Below are positions 28,532-39,986 of a DNA stretch of 64,000 bases, in pieces. The stretch covers positions 14,681 through 78,680 of the forward strand of contig QZJK01000006.1 in NCBI GenBank assembly GCA_003599295.1. Direction: 5' to 3'. Position 1 is the first letter of the stretch; each line of letters starts with the position of its first letter. The notes beneath the pieces are model-generated. The model was not told the DNA's origin. It saw only the letters and a list, made by a program, of their open reading frames with translations, and searched no databases. Made by a program: the position numbers and the translations under genes. The DNA comes from Candidatus Parcubacteria bacterium. GTDB taxonomy: Bacteria; Patescibacteriota; Minisyncoccia; Phycocordibacterales; UBA2100.

Positions 28532-29701
28532 TTATACTGCCTTCTTACGAAGTGGGTCTTCCCAGCCGGGGCCTTTACGAGGGACTTGTTTCCACCTGTC
28601 GCGCTCTTCGATTGGTTCGGATCGAGCTTCCACAGGTTTCTCTATACTGGGGGTTTCTTTTCGGCGCACTTTTCCGGAGTCTATTGATACCCATTGTTTG
28701 TCGGGATGCGCCTCCATTTGTTTGAAGAATTGATCTATCGCTGGATACCCCTTGCGAAGTTCTTCTTTGCTCGGAACGCCCTCTTTTGAACCGTACTCCA
28801 ATTGCATTATCTCCAAATAGAATTTTTCATATGCATCACGACTTATAGCAGTTTTATCCTCATTGAACGCATCTTTCCATTTTGGGTCATTATCATCAAG
28901 TGTACGGAACGCAAGCACATCGTACGCTTGTATCTTTTGGGGGTCGTCAGACGCGGGGCGGCAATAGGGAACATCCGGGTCGTTAACAACATGGCAATTT
29001 ACAGAACGTTTCCAGAAATTAATGCGCGCTTCGCAACGACGGACCACATCTTCGGGTTTTTCGTCAGGATATGCATTAGCTTGAATGATACGGGTCGGGT
29101 CCTCAAATTCATACAAAACATGGTTCTTGCCGTGCTGGCGCATTTGCTCATCGCTAATACGCGCGGCCTTAGGATAGATACCCATATTACGATAATCCGA
29201 TAGAAGTCCTGCATAGGGCACGTACATCGCATCCGGAATGTTGGGATTTAGGCGAATGAGCTCAAACCCGATTGGCCTTTCGCCGTCTTGTATCATGTAA
29301 TAGCGCGCTATCTCCGGACTGAAAAAGAAACGGCTCATTGACCTGTTTGAGTCCAAATCAGTTGGGTCGGTGAAAACCGTCTTTACGATGTCCATGGTTT
29401 TCCGGAAGTCTTCCTTCGTCTTAACTTCTGCGGTGGATAGGCCCGCCGGCTCTTTTTGCGGCGCTTCTTGGCGAAAAGGCCGTGTAGGACCGCCGTTTAC
29501 TTTGTCGAGCGCGTCTTGTATCGCTGTCTCATCCTCTATCACTCGGTCACGTTTTTCCGTTGCCTCTAGCCTCGCCGCCTCATCAGTCGCCGCCTTTTCT
29601 TCAGGGGTTATCGAGGTTATCTCGGCCGCGCGAGGCTTTTCAGGAGTTGGAAGAGAGTGTATGCGCTCTTTTTTAGCATCTGGTTTCTCAAAATCAGACA
29701 T
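28532..29701 (-). CDS. hypothetical protein with charged low-complexity N-terminus
   Basis: 389-aa low-GC ORF, E/K/P-rich first 110 aa. No confident domain. Confidence 0.45.
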   Translation of the reverse strand: MSDFEKPDAKKERIHSLPTPEKPRAAEITSITPEEKAATDEAARLEATEKRDRVIEDETAIQDALDKVNGGPTRPFRQEAPQKEPAGLSTAEVKTKEDFRKTMDIVKTVFTDPTDLDSNRSMSRFFFSPEIARYYMIQDGERPIGFELIRLNPNIPDAMYVPYAGLLSDYRNMGIYPKAARISDEQMRQHGKNHVLYEFEDPTRIIQANAYPDEKPEDVVRRCEARINFWKRSVNCHVVNDPDVPYCRPASDDPQKIQAYDVLAFRTLDDNDPKWKDAFNEDKTAISRDAYEKFYLEIMQLEYGSKEGVPSKEELRKGYPAIDQFFKQMEAHPDKQWVSIDSGKVRRKETPSIEKPVEARSEPIEERDRWKQVPRKGPGWEDPLRKKAV

Positions 29702-29745
29702 AAGAAGTATCTTGTCATTCTAACGCATTTGTATCGAACAATGCA

Positions 29746-29774
29746 TTGAAAGTGTATAAAAACGATGCTAGTAT
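29746..29774 (+). promoter_or_regulatory. sigma70-like promoter TTGAAA-N17-TAGTAT upstream of atpE
   Basis: Read directly. Lies 46 bp upstream of the atpE start. Confidence 0.5.
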
Positions 29775-29801
29775 AGCGCTATAAATAGCATTAATTATTA
29801 A

Positions 29802-30047
<246 letters not shown>

Positions 30048-30182
30048 TTTTGACGTATTGCGTCGTTGGACTTTACTTGCCATCGCTCGCCGTATGCTCA
30101 ATCAAATACGTCTCGCTCGGCAAGTTCGTCCTCCTAGCACTGCATTCAAAATTAAGTAAATTCCGAGAACGGTTCATATAGC

Positions 30183-30632
30183 ATGTCAGACCTACTCGCA
30201 GTCTTCGGCGTCAACTGGAAACTCCTCCTCGTGCAGGCGTTCAATTTCGGGTTTCTCTTGGTGCTCCTCTGGTATTTTTTGTATACGCCGGTACTGCGCC
30301 TCATCGATGAGCGGCGCAAGAAGATATCCGAAGGGGTGAAGAATGCGGAAGACGCGGCGAAAGCACTCGCGGCTTCAGCGGGAGAGGGGAAGGAGATAAT
30401 CGGCAAAGCCTCGCGCGAGGCGGAGGGAATCGTTGCGAGTGCGCGGACGCGCGCCGACAACAAAAAGTCGGAACTTCTGCGAGAAGCGGAATCACAGGCG
30501 AACGCGCTTCTTGCGGATGCTACTGCCCGAGCCGAAGAAACGAAACGGCAAGCTTTGAAGCAGAGCGAAAAGGAAATAGCGCAGGCCGCGATGCTTGCGG
30601 CTGAAAAAATACTGCGCGGCAAGTCCGCCTAA
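30183..30632 (+). CDS. atpF: F0F1 ATP synthase subunit b
   Basis: N-terminal TM helix then a long A/E/K-rich helix. Confidence 0.8.
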   Translation: MSDLLAVFGVNWKLLLVQAFNFGFLLVLLWYFLYTPVLRLIDERRKKISEGVKNAEDAAKALAASAGEGKEIIGKASREAEGIVASARTRADNKKSELLREAESQANALLADATARAEETKRQALKQSEKEIAQAAMLAAEKILRGKSA

Positions 30633-30674
30633 AATTATGACGCGATGCGACCTTAAAATAATTAAACGAGTCAG

Positions 30675-30767
30675 GTTGTGTGCTTTTCGGAGTGTCTCGC
30701 AGTGCGACGGCGCGAGAGGCAGCGCTGCCGCAGCAGCGGCAGACAGCGACTCCGAAAAGCACACAAC
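30675..30767 (+). other. long hairpin (19-bp perfect stem, structured 55-nt loop) between atpF and atpH
   Basis: gttgtgtgcttttcggagt ... actccgaaaagcacacaac. The loop holds further GC-rich sub-hairpins (tctcgc/gcgaga and gctgccgc/gcggcaga). Confidence 0.5.
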
Positions 30768-30781
30768 AAACGAGTAACCCT

Positions 30782-31168
30782 ATGTTAGAGAATGCATACG
30801 CAGAAGCGCTCCAGAAAGTAGCAAGGAGCGGGAAAGAACCGAAAGCAGTCGTGTCTTCGCTCCACGAAGCGCTCGCACGGCGCGGCAGGCAGGCACTTCT
30901 TCCGCGGATAGCACGCGCATTCGCACGGATAGCTGAGAGAGACCTTTCGAGAAACGCACTCGTGTTGAGCGTCGCAGGTGCCGAAGCGAAAGCGAGAAAA
31001 GAGACCAAACAAGTTCTAGATGCGATGCATGTCGATATGAAAGACGTCGAAGTTCGCGAGGACGATACGTTGATAGGAGGATGGCGCCTCGAAGGGCGGG
31101 AACATTTGTATGATGCGAGTTTTAAGAAACACCTGCTCTCCATTTATAATCGAACTATCAAATCGTAA
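30782..31168 (+). CDS. atpH: F0F1 ATP synthase subunit delta (short)
   Basis: Operon position and OSCP-like C-terminal region. Start chosen at MLEN, after the hairpin; the ORF-track start at 30680 would translate the hairpin. Confidence 0.6.
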   Translation: MLENAYAEALQKVARSGKEPKAVVSSLHEALARRGRQALLPRIARAFARIAERDLSRNALVLSVAGAEAKARKETKQVLDAMHVDMKDVEVREDDTLIGGWRLEGREHLYDASFKKHLLSIYNRTIKS

Positions 31169-31174
31169 AACACT

Positions 31175-32746
31175 ATGGATAATTCCACCGTCGAAAAAAT
31201 CCTCAAAGAGATAGAGCGATTCGAACCGAAAGGGAATGTCGAGCATGTCGGACGCGTCGTTTCCGTCGGCGATGGAGTTGTCGCAATAGACGGTCTTTCA
31301 AAGGCCGTGATGAGCGAGATAGTCGAATTTGAAGAAACGAAGGGCAAGTCGCTTAAAAAATCATTCGATGCCGAAGGCGCGCTCTATGGATTAGTGCTGA
31401 ATCTTGAAGAAGACGGCGTCCGTGCGACTATCCTCGGCGATACCGCGCGTGTTTCGGAGGGAATGACCGTAAAATCCACCGGACGCATTCTCTCGGTGCC
31501 CTCTGGCGATGAACTTCTCGGGCGCGTGGTGAACGCGCTCGGAGAGCCCGTCGATGGAAAAGGCCCCTTCAAAAAGGCGACCATGATGCCGGTCGAGCGC
31601 GAATCGTACGGCGTCATCGATAGAAAGGGCGTATCCGTGCCGCTCGCGACAGGCATCAAAGCGATAGATGCGATGATACCGATAGGTCGCGGACAGCGCG
31701 AACTTATCATCGGCGACCGCGCGACGGGAAAGACTACGGTCGCGATAGACACCATCATCAACCAAAAGAACGAACCGGAAGAAAAGCGGCCTATCTGCAT
31801 CTATGTCGCTATCGGCCAGAAGGAATCGAAAACCGCGCGCATCGTTCAGCAGTTGAAGGATGTTGACGCATTCTCATACACGATAGTCGTTGATGCGCCC
31901 GCTTCCGCGCCGGCGGCGCTACAATTTCTTGCGCCTTTCTCCGGAGTCGCTATCGGCGAGTATTTCATGGACAAGGGGAGAGACGTGCTCATCATTTATG
32001 ACGACCTTTCGAAACAGGCGGTCGCGTACCGCGAACTCTCGCTTCTGCTCCGACGTCCGCCGGGCCGCGAAGCGTATCCGGGCGACATCTTCTATTTACA
32101 CTCGCGCCTCCTCGAACGAGCGGCGTGCCTTTCCGACGCAAAAGGCGGCGGCTCTATCACGGCGCTTCCAATTATCGAGACGCAGGAAGGCGATGTATCC
32201 GGTTATATTCCAACCAACGTTATTTCCATCACCGACGGTCAGATATTCCTCATCGCGGACCTCTTCAACAAGGGCATTCGTCCCGCGATAGACGTCGGTA
32301 TCTCGGTGTCCCGCGTCGGAAGTGCGGCACAGACCAAGGCCATGAAAAGCGTTGCCGGCGGCATCAAGCTCGAACTGGCGCAGTTCCGCGAACTTGAAGC
32401 GTTCATGCAGTTCGCTTCCGACCTCGACAAAGAAACGGCAGACCGCATCGAATCGGGCCGCAGAATGGTGGAAGTGTTGAAACAGAAGAACGGCGAGCCG
32501 ATACCCGTGGAGAGGCAGGTCGCTGCCATTTATGCCGCGAACCAGAAATTCTTTAAGGACGTTCCCGTGAATAAAGTGACAGTCGTTGAACGCGCGTTCG
32601 TTGATTTTCTCGACGCGAATTTCGCCGCAACACTCGCTGACATTAAAAAGACAGGCGCGCTTTCTGACGACGCAAAGAAAAAACTCGGCAAGGGAATGGA
32701 AGATTTCCGCGTCGCACATTCGGAATACTTTAGCCTCGCAAAATAG
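31175..32746 (+). CDS. atpA: F0F1 ATP synthase subunit alpha
   Basis: Walker [38 protein letters not shown]. Confidence 0.95.
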   Translation: MDNSTVEKILKEIERFEPKGNVEHVGRVVSVGDGVVAIDGLSKAVMSEIVEFEETKGKSLKKSFDAEGALYGLVLNLEEDGVRATILGDTARVSEGMTVKSTGRILSVPSGDELLGRVVNALGEPVDGKGPFKKATMMPVERESYGVIDRKGVSVPLATGIKAIDAMIPIGRGQRELIIGDRATGKTTVAIDTIINQKNEPEEKRPICIYVAIGQKESKTARIVQQLKDVDAFSYTIVVDAPASAPAALQFLAPFSGVAIGEYFMDKGRDVLIIYDDLSKQAVAYRELSLLLRRPPGREAYPGDIFYLHSRLLERAACLSDAKGGGSITALPIIETQEGDVSGYIPTNVISITDGQIFLIADLFNKGIRPAIDVGISVSRVGSAAQTKAMKSVAGGIKLELAQFRELEAFMQFASDLDKETADRIESGRRMVEVLKQKNGEPIPVERQVAAIYAANQKFFKDVPVNKVTVVERAFVDFLDANFAATLADIKKTGALSDDAKKKLGKGMEDFRVAHSEYFSLAK

Positions 32747-32758
32747 GTGATTTTGCGT

Positions 32759-33666
32759 ATGGCCAATCTTAAGTCCATAAAGTCAAAAATACTCTCCTAT
32801 AAAAAGACCGGAACGGTCACGCACGCCATGGAGGCGGTCTCGGCCGTGAAAATGCGGAAAGGCCAGGAACGCGCGCTTTCGGGCCGCGCGTATGCCGCCG
32901 CAGCGCTCTCCGTCATGGAACGCCTCTCCGGCACGGCCGATCTTTCGCGTCATTCACTGATGCAGGAGAGGGAAGGAAAAATCGCGCTCATCGTCATCAC
33001 GAGCGACAAGGGACTTGCCGGCTCCTTGAATAGCGGCGTCGTTCGCAAAGCGGAGCGCGAAGCAGGAATTTCCAAAGACAAGACGATCGTATTCGCTATC
33101 GGCAGACGGGGCGGGGAATACTTTTCTTCGCGCGGGTACGACGTGCGGATGAGGCTGCAAAATGTGAGCGATTCCGTCTCGGAAAGCGATATGCGGGAGG
33201 TCACGGATAAGGTACTCGAATTGCATGAAGCGGGGGAGATAACGAAATGCGCGGTCGTGTATCAGAATTTTATTTCGACGTTTGAGCAGGAGCCGACGGT
33301 ACGGAACATAATCCCCGTACGACCCGAAGCGATGAGAAAAGTAGTGGAAGGCATCCGCCCCGCCAAAGGAAAGTATGCGCCCCAAAAAGGGGGAGAGAAG
33401 GTGCACGCTCCGGCTTCATACACGGTGGAGCCTGACACCGACAGCGTATTGTCGGTACTTCTTCCGAAACTGATAAACATCGCCGTCTTTCATGCGCTCC
33501 TTGAGAACAAAGCCTCGGAGCATTCAGCCCGCATGGTGGCGATGAAAAGCGCGACCGACAAAGCGAAAGAAATGGCTCACAACCTGACGCGCACGTTCAA
33601 TAAGGTCCGCCAAGCCGCCATCACACGCGAGGTATCCGAAATAACGAGCGGCATCGAGGCGATGAA

Positions 33667-33670
<4 letters not shown>
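32759..33670 (+). CDS. atpG: F0F1 ATP synthase subunit gamma
   Basis: MANLKSIKSKI...ITKAMEAVSA N-terminus and a conserved C-terminal helix. Start chosen at ATG 32759; the ORF track starts at GTG 32747. Confidence 0.85.
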
Positions 33671-35438
<1,768 letters not shown>

Positions 35439-35440
35439 CT

Positions 35441-35683
35441 ATGAGCGCAACATTCCAATTGGTCGTTTCCTCGGTAGGGGAAACGTATTTCGATGGTCAG
35501 GCGATCTCTGCAACTTTTCCCGGCTCGGCAGGAGAAATGACCGTCCTCGCGCACCACGAGCCTCTCATAACAACCCTCAAGGAGGGAATTGTCACCGTGC
35601 GCACGCTTGAAGGCGTGAAGGAGTTCCCCGTCCGGAACGGCATTCTCGAATGCGCCGACAATCGCGCAGTCGTTCTCCTTTAG
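35441..35683 (+). CDS. atpC: F0F1 ATP synthase subunit epsilon (beta-sandwich domain only)
   Basis: 80 aa aligning to the N-terminal domain of epsilon. The C-terminal helical hairpin is absent. Confidence 0.7.
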   Translation: MSATFQLVVSSVGETYFDGQAISATFPGSAGEMTVLAHHEPLITTLKEGIVTVRTLEGVKEFPVRNGILECADNRAVVLL

Positions 35684-35748
35684 GAAAAAAGGAAGGTTTT
35701 CAACACATAGCCCGTAAAGCACGGAATTTCAAGCTACAATAAAGCTCA

Positions 35749-37722
35749 ATGCGAGCGCGAATCGTTCTCGTTGCGTGTCTTTTTCTTTTGACCCCTCTAT
35801 TCATCGTGCACGCCGCTGAAGAGGCGGCAAGTACGGAGACAGGAGAACCACAGGCGGTGTCCAGCTGCAGCAAAGATCAGTGTCAGGATGAAGAGGTCAT
35901 CGTATCGCCCAGCGCGAAGCCCCCAGTCTCATGCAAGCCGGGGAGGATAGTTCCGAAGGAGCAATGCAAATGTCAGGTCTCAAACGGAAAATATAGTGGA
36001 GCCGGTGTCGTTACCTGGAAAGATGTCACGGGAAAAACGACGAAGACTATCAGCAAGTGCGAGCCGAACTATGCGAAACGAATGGATCGCGTAAGCGATG
36101 CTCTTCAAAGCGATAATCCGGCAGAAGCCCTCAAGATAGAAGAAGCGCGGAATCTTCTGGAAACGAGTATTGCTGCCGGGGAGCTCCCCAAAGAAATTTC
36201 GGACGCATTTAGCCCCGCACAATTGAACACATTCAACCAGGAGCTAAAAGCGGATCCGCGGAGCGCGGCAGAGAAAATTGGAGCCCTCATGTACGGCGAC
36301 AGTCAAGAGAAGTTAGTGGCAGCGCAATCGCTCGGCATAACAGGAGACCAGCTTGATAGGCTCGGGAAACTTGCGGTGAGACTCACCCCGCCGGACGATA
36401 CGTATGAATCGGCAGTGAATACATTCAAAGGCGCGCTTTCCGGATATCAGCCGCCGGTGGCACAGGTGACCGGCTTTGGAGCCACCGATGGAAATCGCAC
36501 CATTGTTCCGCAAAACCTTGTACTTAATCCGACGGGAACTCCAACAGCTCCGACAGAGCGGAGAATAGTCAACGGCCGCTTGCAGGAAAAAATCGACCCA
36601 CAGGTCCTCGGTACGCTTGCGGCAGACGCTCAGGCGAAAGTCTGCGCCGCCGTCCGCGGAACATGTTATGTAACGACGGAAGCGCAGTTCGGAACAATGA
36701 TGAACGAGACAAGCGGCGATGTCCGGGTGCTTGGAGACGGGGGAAATTCAGCGAGCCTCGCGCAGGCATACGCATCACAATCCGGCTTTGGACAGTATCT
36801 CTCCCGATACAAAGCAGTATTCGGCGAAGACTACGTGTTGCATAAAACAGATATCGGCAACCCTTCCGTCAATCCGGAGTGGATAGCGTCTCAAAGTGTT
36901 CGCATGCAAGCCATCATTCTTCAAGATAAAGCTCAGATAGTTGGCGGCAATTTCGCCCGCCAGGTTACCGCCTACAATGGTAGTGGTCCGGCCGCAGCGG
37001 CATACGGGAGTCGTGCGCTCCAAAACACACAGCTCCTCCAAAGCGGCAACGCGAGGTCGTATTGGCAAGCGGCGTACGATGTGGCCACAGAAGGCGGCGG
37101 ACCCACCATTACGAACCTGACGCCGGTCAATCTCCCAGGATACAGGGGAGGAACCGCGACCTCACCGTTCGCCAACGTGAGCATGTTCAACTCCGGACCG
37201 ACGGGAGTGTCTGGCCCGACCGGCTCTCCGCTCGGTTCTGTATTCCAAAGCGGCGGATCTTCACCGCGTCCTTCCGCACCGTCTTCGGGAGGCGCGCCAT
37301 CTACGCCTATCCAACCTGTACCGGGAGGAGGCACGATTACGCCGGTACCGGGACAAGGAACTGTGTCTGGTCCTTCTCCCGCGCAACAGCTAGAAGATGC
37401 GCTCAAACCGACCGGGGAGACTCCGCAGACGCTCCAACCGGTGCAAGCGGTCGCCACCATCATCGCCCAGCCGTCGGGCATCACGCGAGGAAGATCAGTC
37501 ATCGTTTCCTGGTCATCCGTCGGCATGAGCACGAATGTGCCCTGCACGGTAACGCTCCAAAGCGGCACCACCACATCTGTCGTAGGGCAAGGGAACGAAG
37601 GCACGAGAACTATCGAGACGAGCACGACCTCGGCGTCGGGCACATGGAATTTCGTCCTCAAATGCACAGCAGCCACGAACGGCACAGCAATAGAGCGCAC
37701 AACGTCAGTCCCTGTTGAATAA
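35749..37722 (+). CDS. large secreted protein with G/S/T/P-rich low-complexity C-terminal region
   Basis: Signal peptide MRARIVLVACLFLLTPLFIVHAA. 657 aa. Cys-containing N-terminus and T/S/G/P-rich tail. Confidence 0.5.
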   Translation: MRARIVLVACLFLLTPLFIVHAAEEAASTETGEPQAVSSCSKDQCQDEEVIVSPSAKPPVSCKPGRIVPKEQCKCQVSNGKYSGAGVVTWKDVTGKTTKTISKCEPNYAKRMDRVSDALQSDNPAEALKIEEARNLLETSIAAGELPKEISDAFSPAQLNTFNQELKADPRSAAEKIGALMYGDSQEKLVAAQSLGITGDQLDRLGKLAVRLTPPDDTYESAVNTFKGALSGYQPPVAQVTGFGATDGNRTIVPQNLVLNPTGTPTAPTERRIVNGRLQEKIDPQVLGTLAADAQAKVCAAVRGTCYVTTEAQFGTMMNETSGDVRVLGDGGNSASLAQAYASQSGFGQYLSRYKAVFGEDYVLHKTDIGNPSVNPEWIASQSVRMQAIILQDKAQIVGGNFARQVTAYNGSGPAAAAYGSRALQNTQLLQSGNARSYWQAAYDVATEGGGPTITNLTPVNLPGYRGGTATSPFANVSMFNSGPTGVSGPTGSPLGSVFQSGGSSPRPSAPSSGGAPSTPIQPVPGGGTITPVPGQGTVSGPSPAQQLEDALKPTGETPQTLQPVQAVATIIAQPSGITRGRSVIVSWSSVGMSTNVPCTVTLQSGTTTSVVGQGNEGTRTIETSTTSASGTWNFVLKCTAATNGTAIERTTSVPVE

Positions 37723-38018
37723 TGAGCTTTCAAAAGCGCATCGAAGATTTTGTTTGTGAGCATTGTCATGCGGTCATTAAAGGGAGCGGCTACACGAACC
37801 ATTGCCCGAAATGCCTATGGAGCAAGCATGTAGATGTGAGTCCCGGAGACCGAAAAGAAGTGTGCGGCGGCATGATGGCGCCTGTGCGTATTGAAGGGGC
37901 GACTCCCGAATATGTATTAGTGCATCGATGCGAGCGCTGCGGTATAGAACGCCGCAATAAGCTTTCTGATTCGGATGATATGTCCGCAGTCGCGGCAATT
38001 GCCAAACGAAGAGGATAA
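37722..38018 (+). CDS. RNHCP-domain zinc-ribbon protein
   Basis: CEHCH...YTNHCPKCLWSKHVD...HRCERCG. Four Cys pairs and an (R/T)NHCP motif. Confidence 0.5.
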   Translation: MSFQKRIEDFVCEHCHAVIKGSGYTNHCPKCLWSKHVDVSPGDRKEVCGGMMAPVRIEGATPEYVLVHRCERCGIERRNKLSDSDDMSAVAAIAKRRG

Positions 38019-38033
38019 CGCGATACTATCAAT

Positions 38034-38480
38034 ATGATGACCGAAGGAGGCACGTATGTTCCGGCTGGGAATGATTGGGGCAATGTCCCTCATTACTACG
38101 GCGACGTCGTGCGGCAATGTTTCGTCGTTGGTGCGGCATTGATGCTTCTTTCCGCGCCGTTTTACACCGACACGTTGCGCGAGCACTTGCCGTTCCTCTT
38201 GTTCGGCGGCATCGTATTCGTTGCTCTTGCCGCGCTCACCAATCCGCACAATCGGAGCGTTGTTCTTGCCGATGCGGTCGCGGCCGGCGTCGCGGTAGTG
38301 ATATATCAGACATGGGCGCTTTTTGACTATGAATCGAGCACATGGATCGAATTCGGCATTCGCCAGCTTATCGCCCTTATTTTCGTTGCGGCCTTCTATT
38401 TCAGTATGAAGACTCTGCGCGCGATGCTTTTGGGGAAGGTCGGAAAACGCGAGGAGGTCGGAGAATTCGATACCGAGTGA
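38034..38480 (+). CDS. hypothetical membrane protein
   Basis: 148 aa with four hydrophobic helices. Confidence 0.4.
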   Translation: MMTEGGTYVPAGNDWGNVPHYYGDVVRQCFVVGAALMLLSAPFYTDTLREHLPFLLFGGIVFVALAALTNPHNRSVVLADAVAAGVAVVIYQTWALFDYESSTWIEFGIRQLIALIFVAAFYFSMKTLRAMLLGKVGKREEVGEFDTE

Positions 38481-38485
38481 ATGGC

Positions 38486-39079
38486 ATGGTGAAGAAGAAA
38501 ATATTCATACTTCTGGGCCATCCCGATAAAAGCGGAATGTGCGGAGCGCTCACCGATGCGTATGAGTCGGCGGCGCGCGAGGCGGGTCACGATGTGACCC
38601 GCATGAATATCGGAGAGATGCAGTTCGACCCTGTGCTTCATAAAGGGTATCGAGAGCGTCAGGAATGTGAGCCGGACCTTTTGCGATTTCAAGAACTTGT
38701 GACGACATCGGATCATTTCGTCGTCGTGTATCCGGTGTGGTGGGTCGGGATGCCAGCAATACTCAAAGGCCTTTTTGACCGTGCATGGCTCCCAGGTTCC
38801 GCGTTTCGCTACATTAGAACGAAGACAGGCTCTCGGACGGTTTTTTGGCACCGCCTATTTCGCGGCAAGACCGCGCGCATCATCATGACGAGCGGCACGC
38901 ATCCGCTTATGGTGCGATTCTTGCCGGGCAATGTGAATGCCCAGCTCCGGTGGGGAATTTTATGGTTTGCTGGATTCTCCGTTCGAACGGATTGGTTCGG
39001 CCCCGCGGAAGATGTGCCCGAAAAGAAAAAAGCAAAATGGCTGAAACGAGTGAGTGAGCTTGGAAGAAAGGGAAGATAA
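38486..39079 (+). CDS. flavodoxin-like-fold NAD(P)H-dependent oxidoreductase (NQO1/KefF/MdaB-like)
   Basis: MVKKKIFILLGHPDKSGMCGAL...HFVVVYPVWWVGMPAILKGLFDR. Start chosen at the internal Met. Confidence 0.6.
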   Translation: MVKKKIFILLGHPDKSGMCGALTDAYESAAREAGHDVTRMNIGEMQFDPVLHKGYRERQECEPDLLRFQELVTTSDHFVVVYPVWWVGMPAILKGLFDRAWLPGSAFRYIRTKTGSRTVFWHRLFRGKTARIIMTSGTHPLMVRFLPGNVNAQLRWGILWFAGFSVRTDWFGPAEDVPEKKKAKWLKRVSELGRKGR

Positions 39080-39471
39080 AAAATAACGCGGTCGTCGAAC
39101 CATAAGGGTCCGACGACCGTCTTCTGCACGAGACGCGTGTCAGCCGCGAATAAAAGCCCATAATTTCCGGAAGAACCGGATTACGGGGTCGCCGATTGCG
39201 GGCAAGCCGAGGAAACCAACGTCGCTCGGTTTGCCGTTAAGGCTGGAAGCGTCGAACGAGTCTCCGCCACCACCAAGGTGGCGATTATGTGCACTCATTT
39301 TCTCAATACCTCCCGTATGCAATATCGGAGACAGCCTGGCCGCGTCATGTGGCCTCCTCAACTGTCTCCCTACAAGAACCATATATCACGCAATATCAAT
39401 ACGTCAATGACAAGGTGTGGACGTGGTAGGGTGCAATTAGGCAGGGTCACGTGTTTACGAGGAGACACGAG

Positions 39472-39930
39472 ATGTTCACGAAGCATGGGATTTTGACAAT
39501 GCTTCCATTGGCACTGTGGCTTAGCATCGCACACGCCGACGGAATTCCGGAAATCGAGGAGGTTCTCCAACCAGGAGACAGCATAAAGATCTCCGAATAT
39601 TATTGCATACGCGAGGATCTGCTCAGGGGATTTTTCAGGCTTCTTGAGGTATCAGATGAAAAATCCTCGCTCAAGATAATGCACGGAACAGCAGGGCTGG
39701 GAGCGTGCAATTCGAACAAAAGGTTCGACGAGGCCCAGACCATACTTCAAGGGATATTCGTCCGCGCATTCTCCAAACCCATCACCGTACGGCTCGTGAG
39801 GGACTACGTCAGAGCACGTGTTATCGAAGTTCGTTTCGAAGGCCGGCAGATATTCACATACTTGACGGATCTTCAGGTCCGGATACTCGGGACGAGCAAA
39901 GAACTCAACGCGTCCGCGGCCACCAATTGA
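39472..39930 (+). CDS. secreted hypothetical protein
   Basis: Signal peptide MFTKHGILTMLPLALWLSIAHA. No motif. Confidence 0.4.
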   Translation: MFTKHGILTMLPLALWLSIAHADGIPEIEEVLQPGDSIKISEYYCIREDLLRGFFRLLEVSDEKSSLKIMHGTAGLGACNSNKRFDEAQTILQGIFVRAFSKPITVRLVRDYVRARVIEVRFEGRQIFTYLTDLQVRILGTSKELNASAATN

Positions 39931-39986
39931 GCCGCGGACGCACACTATTTCGTAGAACTCGTTCGATAGTGTTATAGTGCCCCGTT

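Noticed and set aside
30680-30781. Longer atpH reading frame starting at 30680
   Set aside because: The extra 34 codons are the translation of a perfect 19-bp inverted repeat and its GC-rich loop. The Met at 30782 restores a delta-like N-terminus.
36972-37802. 276-aa minus-strand ORF inside the secreted-protein gene
   Set aside because: G/P-rich mirror image of the plus-strand low-complexity region, with no start context. Shadow ORF.
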